From Thermoleophilaceae bacterium (GTDB taxonomy: Bacteria; Actinomycetota; Thermoleophilia; Solirubrobacterales; Thermoleophilaceae): a stretch of 64,000 bases of DNA. Each line of letters opens with the position of its first letter. The stretch's first letter is position 1. A program made the position numbers and the translations under genes. The notes under the pieces were generated by a model, which was given only the letters and a program-made list of their open reading frames with translations, ran no database searches and was not told the origin of the DNA. This document shows positions 31,642 through 40,322 of the stretch, piece after piece. The stretch spans positions 4,025 to 68,024 of the forward strand of contig JAXDIG010000023.1 in assembly GCA_034664125.1 (NCBI GenBank), written 5' to 3'.

Positions 31642-32778
31642 ATGGACCTCACGCTCTCGCCCTCCGAGGCGGCATTCCGAGACGAGCTGCGTGCCTGGCT
31701 GGCCGAGCACCACCCCGGCGAGGACCCGCCCGGGGACGACGAGGCCTTCGAGCACAGGCGCGACTGGCAGCGCAGACTCTTCGAGGCCGGCTACGCCGGC
31801 TTCTCCTGGCCGAAGGAGTACGGCGGCCGCGGCGCCACCCTCGTGGAGCAGGCTCTGTTCGGCGAGGAGATGGCGCGCGCGAAGGCGCCCCAGCCGGTCA
31901 ACGTGCTGGGCATGGTCATGGGCGGGCCCGTGGTGATCACGCACGGCACCGACGAGCAGAAGGAGCGCTGGCTGCGGCCGATCCTGACCGGCGAGGAGAT
32001 CTGGTGCCAGGGCTTCTCGGAGCCCGACTCGGGATCCGACCTCGCGTCGCTCAAGACCAAGGCGGTCAAGTCGAACGGCGAGTGGCTCGTGACCGGCCAG
32101 AAGGTGTGGACCACCTACGCCCACAAGGCCAAGTGGTGCATGCTCGTGGCCCGCACCGACCAGGACGTGCCCAAGCACCAGGGGCTCACCTACTTCATCA
32201 TGGACATGGAGCAGGAAGAGGTGCAGGTGCGGCCGCTGCACCAGATCACCAAGGAGCCGGAGTTCAACGAGCTCTTCATGGAGGACGCTCGCATCCCGGA
32301 CGAGAACGTGGTCGGCGGGGTCGGCAACGGCTGGGCCGTGGCCATCACGACCCTGATGAACGAGCGGGCCGGGCTGGGAGCGGCGTCCGCCGCGGGGGTG
32401 AGGATCGCGCTGGAAGAGCTCAAGCAGCTCGCCAACGAGCGCGGCGCCGACGAGGACCCGGTGATCCGCCAGCGGCTTGCCCAGCTCGCCATCGAGGTCG
32501 AGCTGCTGCGGCTTAACTCCTGGCGCGGCCTCACCCAGATCATGAAGCGCGGGGTGCCCGGACCCGAGGGCTCGCTGCCGAAGTGGCAGTGGGGCGAGAT
32601 CAACCAGGCGCTAACGGAGCTGGCCGTCGACATCCTCGGCGAAGAGGGTGCCTACTGGGACTCGCCGTGGACCTACCGGCTGCTGCGCTCGCGCGCCAAC
32701 TCGATCGAGGGCGGCACGACCGAGATCCTCAAGAACATCATCGCCGAGCGCGTGCTCGGCCTGCCCAAGCTGAGGTGA
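31642..32778 (+). CDS. Acyl-CoA dehydrogenase
   Basis: The protein starts MDLTLSPSEAAFRDELRAWL and contains CQGFSEPDSGSD and the C-terminal EGGTTEILKNIIAERVLGLP. The ATG at 31642 lies within the longer track ORF. Confidence 0.9.
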   Translation: MDLTLSPSEAAFRDELRAWLAEHHPGEDPPGDDEAFEHRRDWQRRLFEAGYAGFSWPKEYGGRGATLVEQALFGEEMARAKAPQPVNVLGMVMGGPVVITHGTDEQKERWLRPILTGEEIWCQGFSEPDSGSDLASLKTKAVKSNGEWLVTGQKVWTTYAHKAKWCMLVARTDQDVPKHQGLTYFIMDMEQEEVQVRPLHQITKEPEFNELFMEDARIPDENVVGGVGNGWAVAITTLMNERAGLGAASAAGVRIALEELKQLANERGADEDPVIRQRLAQLAIEVELLRLNSWRGLTQIMKRGVPGPEGSLPKWQWGEINQALTELAVDILGEEGAYWDSPWTYRLLRSRANSIEGGTTEILKNIIAERVLGLPKLR

Positions 32779-32782
32779 TCAG

Positions 32783-33805
32783 ATGAACTTCGACTTCTCA
32801 GACGACCAGCAGGCGATCAAGCGCACGGCCAAGGACCTGCTCGCCGACCGCTTCAAGTTCGAGCACGTTCGCGAGCTCGCGGAAGAGGGCGCCTACGACG
32901 ACGCTGCCTGGAAGGAGCTCGGCGAGCTGGGCTGGCCGGGCATCTTCATCGAGGAGCAGTACGGCGGCCAGGGGCTCGGCGTGGTCGAGCTGATCATCCT
33001 GATGGAGGAGCTCGGCTACGCGCTGGCGCCGGTGCCGTTCCTCTCGAACGCCGCTGCCGGCCTGCTGATCCAGTCGGCCGGCTCAGATGAGCAGAAGCAG
33101 CGCTGGCTGCCGGGGATCGCGTCGGGTGAGCTGCGCGCCGCGGCCGGGCTGGTGAGGGGCGACGAGGCGAAGCTCGTGCCCGACGCCGACGAGGCGGATC
33201 TGATCGTGCTCTGCGGCGGCGACGCGCGCCACGTGCTGGAGCGCTCGGCGGCCGACGTGGAGCCGCTGGCGACGATGGACTCCACCCGCCGCTACGCCAG
33301 GGTCCGCGTGAACGGCGCCGGCGAGGCGCTCGAGGGCGACCACGGGCCGGGCATGAGCGCGGCGCTGCTGGCCGTCTCGGCCGAGCTGACCGGCGTTGCC
33401 CAGCGGGCGATGGATATGGCAGTGGAGTACGCGCGCGACCGCAAGCAGTTCGGACGGCCGATCGGCGCGTACCAGGCCGTGTCGCACCGCTGCGCGCAGA
33501 TGCTGCTCGAAACCGAGGGCGCGCGCTCGGCCACCTACTGGGGCGCCTGGACCGCGGACGCGGAGCCCGAGACGCTGGCCCTGGCCGCCTCGATGGCAAA
33601 GTCGTACGCCTCGGATGCCGGGTGGCGCGTGTGCTCGTCGTCGCTTCAGGTGCACGGCGGCATCGGCTTCACCTGGGAGCACGACCTCCACTTCTTCCTC
33701 AAGAGGGCGAAGGTGGACGGACTGCTGTGGGGCAGCCCGAGCGAGCACCGCGAGCGCGTGGCCCAGCTGTCCGCGGTGGGCGAGCCGGCGGGCGCCCCGG
33801 CCTAG
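32783..33805 (+). CDS. Acyl-CoA dehydrogenase family protein (shorter paralogue, probable partner subunit)
   Basis: The sequence reads MNFDFSDDQQAIKRTAKDLL...EEQYGGQGLG...AMDMAVEYARDRKQFGRPIGAYQAV.H.CA. The gene starts 4 nt after the preceding ACAD. Confidence 0.85.
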   Translation: MNFDFSDDQQAIKRTAKDLLADRFKFEHVRELAEEGAYDDAAWKELGELGWPGIFIEEQYGGQGLGVVELIILMEELGYALAPVPFLSNAAAGLLIQSAGSDEQKQRWLPGIASGELRAAAGLVRGDEAKLVPDADEADLIVLCGGDARHVLERSAADVEPLATMDSTRRYARVRVNGAGEALEGDHGPGMSAALLAVSAELTGVAQRAMDMAVEYARDRKQFGRPIGAYQAVSHRCAQMLLETEGARSATYWGAWTADAEPETLALAASMAKSYASDAGWRVCSSSLQVHGGIGFTWEHDLHFFLKRAKVDGLLWGSPSEHRERVAQLSAVGEPAGAPA

Positions 33806-34275
33806 GGGCGCTTGCGGGTCAGGGCCGCCGCCAGCGGCGACAGCACTCCGTACTTCTCGGGCGCGGGCGGGCGTTCCCAGTGGGGCTCCGACTGTGGTGG
33901 GCTCGACACCACGTGGTGGACCGGCACGCTGGTGAGCTTCTCCAGGCGCCGAGGCAGGTCGATGCCGAGCCAGCGCGACGACCCGGTTGGCAGCGTCGAG
34001 ACGACGATCTCGTCGAACTGCATCGGGTCCCAGGTTTCCATCGTGGCCACGATCGGGTCCGGGTCGCCCGTGTGGCCGTCGACGTTCTCGAGGCCGCCGG
34101 CCCGCATGCCGTCGAGCGCCTCCTTCAGCCGGGCGTCCGCGTTCGGGCCCTCCCTTGGCACCAGCAGCGTGAAGCGGCAGGCACCCCGGCTCGCGCGCTC
34201 CCGCAGAGCAGCAAGCAACTCATCGGAGGTGGCGGTCACGTTGGCGACCACCAAGACGTGGAACTCCCAAGCCAT
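33802..34275 (-). CDS. Hypothetical protein (USP-like alpha/beta N-terminus by eye)
   Basis: A strong Shine-Dalgarno GAGGAGG precedes the ATG at 34275. The protein begins MAWEFHVLVVANVTATSDELLAAL. Confidence 0.6.
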   Translation of the reverse strand: MAWEFHVLVVANVTATSDELLAALRERASRGACRFTLLVPREGPNADARLKEALDGMRAGGLENVDGHTGDPDPIVATMETWDPMQFDEIVVSTLPTGSSRWLGIDLPRRLEKLTSVPVHHVVSSPPQSEPHWERPPAPEKYGVLSPLAAALTRKRP

Positions 34276-34342
34276 AGCACCTCCTCGGTGCAAGTACCGG
34301 TCCGTACGAGAGTAGCGCGGCGGACGGCGTACCGGGACAGGC

Positions 34343-34636
34343 TCAGTCGGCGGCGTCGAGGCGGCCGCGAAAGCTCGGCAGGCCCTCCTCGTGGGCCTGT
34401 ATCGGACCGCGTCGCTCCGAGCCGAGGGCCAGCCGGTCGAGGCGCTCGATCTCGCGCTCCCCCTCCACTCGCGCCGGGTGGCCCGGCGGCAGTTCCGCGA
34501 TCAGCGTGCGGATGCGGTTGCGCAGCTGGAGCGCGAAGTGCGGGGTGGACGCGCCCATCAGCTCGCGGACGTCCTCCACGGTGGGCTCGCGGTGCAGCCG
34601 GTCGGGGCGCTCGAACTCGCTCATCCAGGCGCGCAT
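34343..34636 (-). CDS. Hypothetical small protein
   Basis: The gene starts 7 nt downstream of the lipoprotein gene stop on the same strand. I recognise no domain. Confidence 0.45.
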   Translation of the reverse strand: MRAWMSEFERPDRLHREPTVEDVRELMGASTPHFALQLRNRIRTLIAELPPGHPARVEGEREIERLDRLALGSERRGPIQAHEEGLPSFRGRLDAAD

Positions 34637-34643
34637 CCTACGC

Positions 34644-35813
34644 TCACGGCGCGTTCGCCTGCACCGGGATCAGCTCGGTGGTGGCGTCGATGCGTGCCTG
34701 CTCGTCGACCGAGATCGCCTTGTCGTCGCCCAGGATCCAGACGCGGTTGTAGACAGCCTGGCCGGGATCGTCCTCGTACCCCGGCTGGACGCTCAGCAGG
34801 TAGCTCTCGAGCGCCCCCGGCAGCTGGTCGGCGTCGTCCGTGAGCAGCAGCGGGGCGAACACGCCGCGCGTGGCCAGCGAGGCCGCGGCGGCGGCGTCGA
34901 GCGGGCGCCCCGTGTTGGCGATGGCGAAGTTGTAGCCCGGCACCGATATCCCCCAACCGAAGTCACCCCGCTCGTAGCGAGCGAACGCGATCGCGTTGTC
35001 GACCGGCGTGCGCCCGGCGATGCGGCTCACCGAGGCTGCCAGCTTGCCGCGGCGCAGCTCCCGCTCGACTGCCTCCGAGATCACGCTCCGCGGCCCCAGC
35101 AGGTAGACGTTGGGCTGCTCGTGCTCGGTGAGCGCTCTCCGCACCGGCGCGGGGATCGAGCCCGCCTTCACCGGCAGCGCGGCATCACCGGACCGCGCGG
35201 CCCACGACGCCGCGGGCATTGCCCATTCGGGGCTGTCCGCCGAGTAGAGCACCACGTCACCGGACGGCTTGCCGCGCGCCGCGGAGATGAAGCGGTCGAT
35301 CGCGGCGGCGCGCTGGAAGGCGTCGTCTCCCTGGACCAGGGCTGTCTTGTAGCCATCCGGCCGCGCCACGCCCGCGCCGATTCGGATCACCTGGGCGTCC
35401 TTGGAGAGGTCGGAGCCCTTGGGCTGGAGGTGATCGAGCGTGTCCTGGGTGACCGCGGGCAGGTCCTCGCCCTCGGACAGCAGCAGCGGAGCGCCGATCG
35501 GCGGCCCGGCGAGCACGGCGGCCGCGATCGCCGTCTGCCAGTCCTCCGAGTCCACGAGCACCACGGAGGTGGGACGGTCCGAGCTGCCGGTCGCGGGGTA
35601 GAGCGCGCTCGCCACGCCGGCGGCGTCGGCCCCGGCGTCGGCGCCGCCGACGCGGATCGTGTTGCGGGTGGCGCTGGACGGGAAGCCGAGCTTGTCGGCA
35701 CCCTGGTCGTCCTGGGCCTGCACACCCAGCTGCGGCGGCCGGCCCGGGTCGTCGCCCAGCGAGCAGCCACCGAACAGGCAGGCGAACAGCAGCACAAGGG
35801 CCAGTCGACGCAT
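34644..35813 (-). CDS. Lipoprotein with cell-wall-binding repeat 2 (CWB2) domains
   Basis: The lipobox is LFACLFGGC. Three repeats follow the pattern ...DWQTAIAAAVLAGPPIGAPLLL....LP. Confidence 0.75.
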   Translation of the reverse strand: MRRLALVLLFACLFGGCSLGDDPGRPPQLGVQAQDDQGADKLGFPSSATRNTIRVGGADAGADAAGVASALYPATGSSDRPTSVVLVDSEDWQTAIAAAVLAGPPIGAPLLLSEGEDLPAVTQDTLDHLQPKGSDLSKDAQVIRIGAGVARPDGYKTALVQGDDAFQRAAAIDRFISAARGKPSGDVVLYSADSPEWAMPAASWAARSGDAALPVKAGSIPAPVRRALTEHEQPNVYLLGPRSVISEAVERELRRGKLAASVSRIAGRTPVDNAIAFARYERGDFGWGISVPGYNFAIANTGRPLDAAAAASLATRGVFAPLLLTDDADQLPGALESYLLSVQPGYEDDPGQAVYNRVWILGDDKAISVDEQARIDATTELIPVQANAP

Positions 35814-35832
35814 GGCGGCGCAGATTAGCCTG

Positions 35833-35916
35833 GACGCCAGACCCTGCGCACGCGGCCGAGCCGCGTGCTTCGGGGACGCCAGACCCTGCGCACGCGGCCG
35901 AGCCGCGTGCTTCGGG
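35833..35916. repeat. Perfect tandem duplication of a 42-bp unit, each unit carrying the hairpin GCACGCGG-CCGAG-CCGCGTGC
   Basis: The units at 35833-35874 and 35875-35916 are identical by direct reading. Confidence 0.9.
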
Positions 35917-35948
35917 CTTAGAGCGGAAGCCCGGCGGGTAGCCTATGA

Positions 35949-35964
35949 TTGACTCGTCAGTCAA
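35949..35964. promoter_or_regulatory. Palindrome TTGACT-CGTC-AGTCAA, 55 bp upstream of an acyl-CoA dehydrogenase gene
   Basis: It matches the 26229-26244 site at 15 of 16 positions. The flanks also agree (GATTGACT...AGTCAAC). Confidence 0.6.
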
Positions 35965-36018
35965 CTTGAACGTCGCGCTTCGAGCACAGCTCTGGCGGGG
36001 CGGCCCGGAGGCTCCACC

Positions 36019-37311
36019 GTGGATTTCAGGCTCAACGACGAACAGCTCGAGTTCCAGGCCCACTGCCGCCGCTTCGCGCGCGAGGTGATCAGGCCGATCG
36101 CGGCGAAGCACGACCGCGAGGAGAGCGTGCCGTGGGAGGCGATCAAGGCGGCCCGCGAGTGGAACCTGCACGGCCTCGAGACCATCCAGCTGATGGGCAC
36201 CGATCCCGACGGGATGTTCAGCTGCATCTATGCGGAGGAGCTCCACTGGGGCTGCGCCGGGATCGCGCTCGCGATCCAGGGCGGCTCGCTCGCCGCCGCC
36301 GGCATCGCCAGCTCCGGTACGCCCGAGCAGATCGGTCGCTGGGTGCCCGAGTGCTTCGGCATGGGCGACGAGATCAAGCTGGGCGCCTACGCCGTCACCG
36401 AGCCGAGCGCCGGCTCCGACGTGCGCTCCCTGCGCACCACCGCCAAGCGGGACGGCGACGAGTGGGTCCTCAACGGCACCAAGGTCTTCATCACTAACGG
36501 CGGCATCGCCGACGTGACCGTCGTGGTCGCGACCGTCGACCCCGACCTCGGCCACCGCGGCCAGGCGTCGTTCGTGGTCCCCAAGGACACGCCCGGGCTG
36601 TCGATGGGCAAGAAGGAGTCGAAGCTCGGCATCCGCGCGTCGCAGACGTCCGAGGTCATCCTCGAGGACTGCCGCGTGCCGATGGAGTACCTGCTCGGCG
36701 GCTACGAGAAGCTCGAGAAGAAGCTGGCGCGCGCCCGCTCGGGCGAGTCCACCGGCCGCTCCTCGGGGGCGCTCGCGACGTTCGAGCTCACTCGGCCGCT
36801 GGTGGGCGCCTCGGCGCTGGGCATCGCCCAGGCGGCCTACGAGTGGACGCTCGAGTACCTGGAGGAGAAGCAGGAGGACGGCACGCCGCTGCTCGAGCAG
36901 CAGCGCGTGCAGCAGGTGCTCGCCGACGTGGCCACCGAGATCGAGGCGGCCCGCCTGCTGGTGTGGCGCGCATCCTGGATGGGGCGCAACGGCGTACCGA
37001 TGACGGGCGGCCAGGGCTCGATGTCGAAGCTCAAGGCGGGCGACGTCGCGATGTGGGCCACCACCACGCTGATGGACCTGGTCGGCCCGTTCGCCCAGAC
37101 GACCGACTGCCCGCTGGAGAAGTTCTTCAGGGACGCCAAGATCTACCAGCTCTTCGAGGGCACCGCCCAGGTACAGCGCCTGGTCATCTCGCGCATGCAG
37201 CGCAGCGACTACCGCGGGCGTCTCGAGGTCGAGGACGTGGTGGAGCAGGCGCCTGGCAGCTCGCCCGGCGACGTTGTGCGCTCCGCCGCGGCATCGCTGC
37301 CGACCGGCTGA
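36019..37311 (+). CDS. Acyl-CoA dehydrogenase
   Basis: The protein starts (GTG) DFRLNDEQLEFQAHCRRFAREVI and contains YAVTEPSAGSD, FITNGG and IYQLFEGTAQVQRLVISR. Confidence 0.92.
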   Translation: MDFRLNDEQLEFQAHCRRFAREVIRPIAAKHDREESVPWEAIKAAREWNLHGLETIQLMGTDPDGMFSCIYAEELHWGCAGIALAIQGGSLAAAGIASSGTPEQIGRWVPECFGMGDEIKLGAYAVTEPSAGSDVRSLRTTAKRDGDEWVLNGTKVFITNGGIADVTVVVATVDPDLGHRGQASFVVPKDTPGLSMGKKESKLGIRASQTSEVILEDCRVPMEYLLGGYEKLEKKLARARSGESTGRSSGALATFELTRPLVGASALGIAQAAYEWTLEYLEEKQEDGTPLLEQQRVQQVLADVATEIEAARLLVWRASWMGRNGVPMTGGQGSMSKLKAGDVAMWATTTLMDLVGPFAQTTDCPLEKFFRDAKIYQLFEGTAQVQRLVISRMQRSDYRGRLEVEDVVEQAPGSSPGDVVRSAAASLPTG

Positions 37312-38378
37312 CCGAGCGCACGCTCACCCGCCGGGAACTGACAGCCGCGCTGGCCGCGCGGCAGATGCTGCTCGAGCGGCGCCGCCTGGCGCCCGCCGAG
37401 GCGATCCGCCTGCTCACGCCGCTGCAGGGGCAGGACTCGCCCGCGCCGTACGTCGCCTTGGCCGCGCGGCTCGACGGCTTCGCCCGCGACGAGCTGGAGG
37501 CCGCGCTCCAGTCGCGCGACGTCCTCAAGACGACGATCATGCGCGTGACGCTGCACCTGGCCGCCGCCGCCGAGTACCCGGCCTACGCGCAGCTGGCGCG
37601 CCAGACCCGCATGCGCAAGTGGCGCAGGGATTACGGGCACCTCGACGAGGCGCAGGTCGCGGCCGAGCTGGGGGCATGGCTGCGCGAGCCGCGCACCAAC
37701 GCCGAGATCCGCGAGCGGGTGAGCCGCTACGAGGGCGTGACGGCGGACGAGTGGTCGCCGGTGTTCTTCGCCCGCACGCTGCTGCCGCTCGTGCAGCTGC
37801 CGCCGGCCGGGTTCTGGCGCGCCAAGCGGCGCCCCAGCTTCGTCGTGGACCCGCGCCCCCTGCCCGATCCGGCGGACGCCGCGGAGCTCGTGCTGTCCCG
37901 TTACCTGGCGGCCTTCGGCCCGGCCAGCCGGCGCGACGTCGCCGACTGGGCGGGCGTAGCGCAGCGCGACTTCGCCGAGGCCTGGGAGCGCCTGAAGACC
38001 GTCTCCTACCGCGACGAGCGCGGAACCGAGCTGTTCGACCTGCCCGGCGCGCCGCTGCCGCCGGCGTCCACGCCGCTGCCCGTGCGGCTGCTTGCGCGCT
38101 GGGACCAGGCGCTGCTCGCCTACGCCGACCGCGATCGGATCGTCCCGCTCGAGTTGCAGGCTCTGAAGCTCACGCTCAGCGGCGACCAGACGGTCACCGT
38201 CGACGGGCGCGTCGCCGCCAGCTGGAAGCTCCAGCGCGGGCGGGCCGCGGTCGAGGTCACCGTCATCCCGCACGTCGACATCCAGCGCTCCGTCCGCGCC
38301 GAGATCCGCTCCGAGGCCGAGCGCACGGCCCGCTTCTGCGAGCCCGAGGCGCTCAGCGTCGACGTAGTGGGCGTGTAA
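37308..38378 (+). CDS. Winged-helix DNA-binding domain protein (YcaQ/AlkZ-like family); the start is probably CTG 37308 in a cTGA overlap
   Basis: LTERTLTRRELTAALAARQMLLERRRLAPAEAIRLLTPLQGQDSPAPYVALAARL resembles the family N-terminus. The first canonical start downstream (an ATG within AARQMLL) would delete part of it. Confidence 0.7.
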   Translation: MTERTLTRRELTAALAARQMLLERRRLAPAEAIRLLTPLQGQDSPAPYVALAARLDGFARDELEAALQSRDVLKTTIMRVTLHLAAAAEYPAYAQLARQTRMRKWRRDYGHLDEAQVAAELGAWLREPRTNAEIRERVSRYEGVTADEWSPVFFARTLLPLVQLPPAGFWRAKRRPSFVVDPRPLPDPADAAELVLSRYLAAFGPASRRDVADWAGVAQRDFAEAWERLKTVSYRDERGTELFDLPGAPLPPASTPLPVRLLARWDQALLAYADRDRIVPLELQALKLTLSGDQTVTVDGRVAASWKLQRGRAAVEVTVIPHVDIQRSVRAEIRSEAERTARFCEPEALSVDVVGV

Positions 38379-38406
38379 GCGCGTAAATCGCGGGCGCCCG
38401 CCCCGT

Positions 38407-39318
38407 ATGCTCGATCCGGTGATCGCACCGCTCGCGCATGTCGGGGGCGGCGTCCTCGAGCCGCTGCAGCTGCTGCCGCCGCTGGCGGCACTGACCGCCT
38501 ATTGGATGCGGGCGCGCACGCTCGCCCGCCAGGGGCGGCCCGTGCCGGCCTGGCGCATGGCGTGCTTCGCCGCGGGCATCGCGCTGATCCTGGCCGCGCT
38601 GGTGTCGCCGCTGGCCCACGTCGGAGGCGAGCTGGTGCTCGCCCACATGGCCCAGCACGTGATGATGGCCGACCTCGCGACGCTGCTGATGGTGCTCGGC
38701 CTGACCGGGCCGCTGCTCCAGCCGCTGCTCGCCACGCGCGTCGCGCGGCGGCTGCGCGTGCTGGCGCACCCGGCGGTGGCGTTCGTGCTGTGGGCTGCCG
38801 ATCTCTACATCTGGCACCTCCCCGGCCTCTATCAGGCCGCGCTGGGCTCCGCGCCCGTGCACGCGCTGCAACACGGCAGCTTCGTGCTGTTCGGCTTCAC
38901 GATGTGGCTGGCGCTGCTCGGCCCGCTGCCCCAGCCCGAGTGGTTCGGCAACGGGGCGAAGCTCTTCTACATCGTGGCCGTGCGGCTCACCGGCGCCCTG
39001 CTCGGCAACCTGTTCCTCTGGTCGGGGACCGTCTTCTATCCCGACTACCGGCCCGGTCAGGCGAGCTGGAACCTGACGCCGCTCGCCGACCAGGCGGCGG
39101 CGGGCACGATCATGATGATCGAGAGCAGCATCGTCACCGTGGTGCTGCTCGGGTGGCTGTTCGTGAAGACGGCGCGTGAGTCCGACGAGCGCCAGGAGCT
39201 GCTGGAGCTCGCCACCGCGCGCGGCCTGGAGCTGAGCGAGCAGCGCGCCGCCCGGGCCGTGGCCTCGGGGCGCGGCGACGAGCTCCGGCGCCGCCTGGAG
39301 CAGGCCGCGGTCGGCTGA
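38407..39318 (+). CDS. ctaG: Cytochrome c oxidase assembly factor CtaG (caa3 type) family membrane protein
   Basis: The protein is multi-pass. It contains HMAQHVMMADLATLLMVLG and PVHALQHGSFVLFG, as I recall for Caa3_CtaG. Confidence 0.7.
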   Translation: MLDPVIAPLAHVGGGVLEPLQLLPPLAALTAYWMRARTLARQGRPVPAWRMACFAAGIALILAALVSPLAHVGGELVLAHMAQHVMMADLATLLMVLGLTGPLLQPLLATRVARRLRVLAHPAVAFVLWAADLYIWHLPGLYQAALGSAPVHALQHGSFVLFGFTMWLALLGPLPQPEWFGNGAKLFYIVAVRLTGALLGNLFLWSGTVFYPDYRPGQASWNLTPLADQAAAGTIMMIESSIVTVVLLGWLFVKTARESDERQELLELATARGLELSEQRAARAVASGRGDELRRRLEQAAVG

Positions 39319-39321
39319 GCG

Positions 39322-39777
39322 ATGCGCTGGGCCGCCATAGCCCTGGCCGGGCTCGCGCTGCTGGCGGGCTGCAACGCCGATGAGCAGCGCCAAGCGCCTC
39401 GGCCGCAGGTCCAGAACGGCCTGCGCTCGCCCGAGGGGCTGATGATCCGCGACTGGCTGATGGCCGTGCAGCACGGGGACTTCGGCCAGGCGGCCACCTT
39501 CTTCGCGCCAGGGGCGATCATCGACCAGGGCCATCCGTTCCGGCTGCCGAACGCTGCGGCGGCGCGCATCTTCAATGCCGGCTTGCCGTGTCACGCCGAG
39601 CTGATCGCGCTCCAGGACGAGGGCGCCAAGGTGCTCGCCACGTTCCGCCTCACCCCGGGCCCGGGCGGCCCCTGCCGCGGGCGCGTGCAGGTGCGCTACA
39701 CGATCGTGCACGGCAAGTTCAAGGAGTGGCGCCAGCTCGGGACGCCCAACGCGCCTCCGGCCGGGCCGGTCGTCTAG
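39322..39777 (+). CDS. Hypothetical lipoprotein
   Basis: The lipobox is LALLAGC. I cannot assign a family with confidence. Confidence 0.6.
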   Translation: MRWAAIALAGLALLAGCNADEQRQAPRPQVQNGLRSPEGLMIRDWLMAVQHGDFGQAATFFAPGAIIDQGHPFRLPNAAAARIFNAGLPCHAELIALQDEGAKVLATFRLTPGPGGPCRGRVQVRYTIVHGKFKEWRQLGTPNAPPAGPVV

Positions 39778-40265
39778 CCGGCGCGCCCCTGCTCGATGCG
39801 CTCGCGCTCGGCGAGGCGGTTGTCGCGGCGCAGCTGCGCCTCGCGGGCGCGCCGCTCCTCTTCGGGCGTCTCGGGCGCAACGGGGGGCACGGGCGTCGGC
39901 CGGCCCTCCTCGTCGAGGGCGACCATCGTCAGGTACGCCGTCGAGGTGTGGGTGACCTCGCCGGAGCGGATGTTCTCCGCCTCGACGCGCACGCCCACCT
40001 CCATGGACGAGCGCCAGGCCGCGTTGACCATGGCCTTGACGGTCACCAAGTGCCCGACGTACACGGGATTCAGGAACGTCATGCGATCCATGGCGACGGT
40101 CACCACCCGGGAGCCGGAGTGCCGCACGGCGGCGATGCCGGCGACCTCGTCGCAGTGGTACATGATCGTGCCGCCGTGGACGTTGCCCGCCAGGTTCGCG
40201 TCGCCGACGCCCATCCAGCGGCTCAGCTCGGAACGCGACTGGGATGGCGGTCTTGGCTGCTGCAC
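39774..40265 (-). CDS. Acyl-CoA thioesterase (hotdog fold, YciA/BFIT type)
   Basis: The sequence reads GNVHGGTIMYHCDEVAGIAA...VVTVAMDRMTFLNPVYVGHLV. Confidence 0.85.
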   Translation of the reverse strand: MQQPRPPSQSRSELSRWMGVGDANLAGNVHGGTIMYHCDEVAGIAAVRHSGSRVVTVAMDRMTFLNPVYVGHLVTVKAMVNAAWRSSMEVGVRVEAENIRSGEVTHTSTAYLTMVALDEEGRPTPVPPVAPETPEEERRAREAQLRRDNRLAERERIEQGRAG

Positions 40266-40322
40266 GGCCCCGGGTAGTCTAGGTTCCCAACCCCGACGAC
40301 ACGAAAGCTTGAAGGAGGCGGG

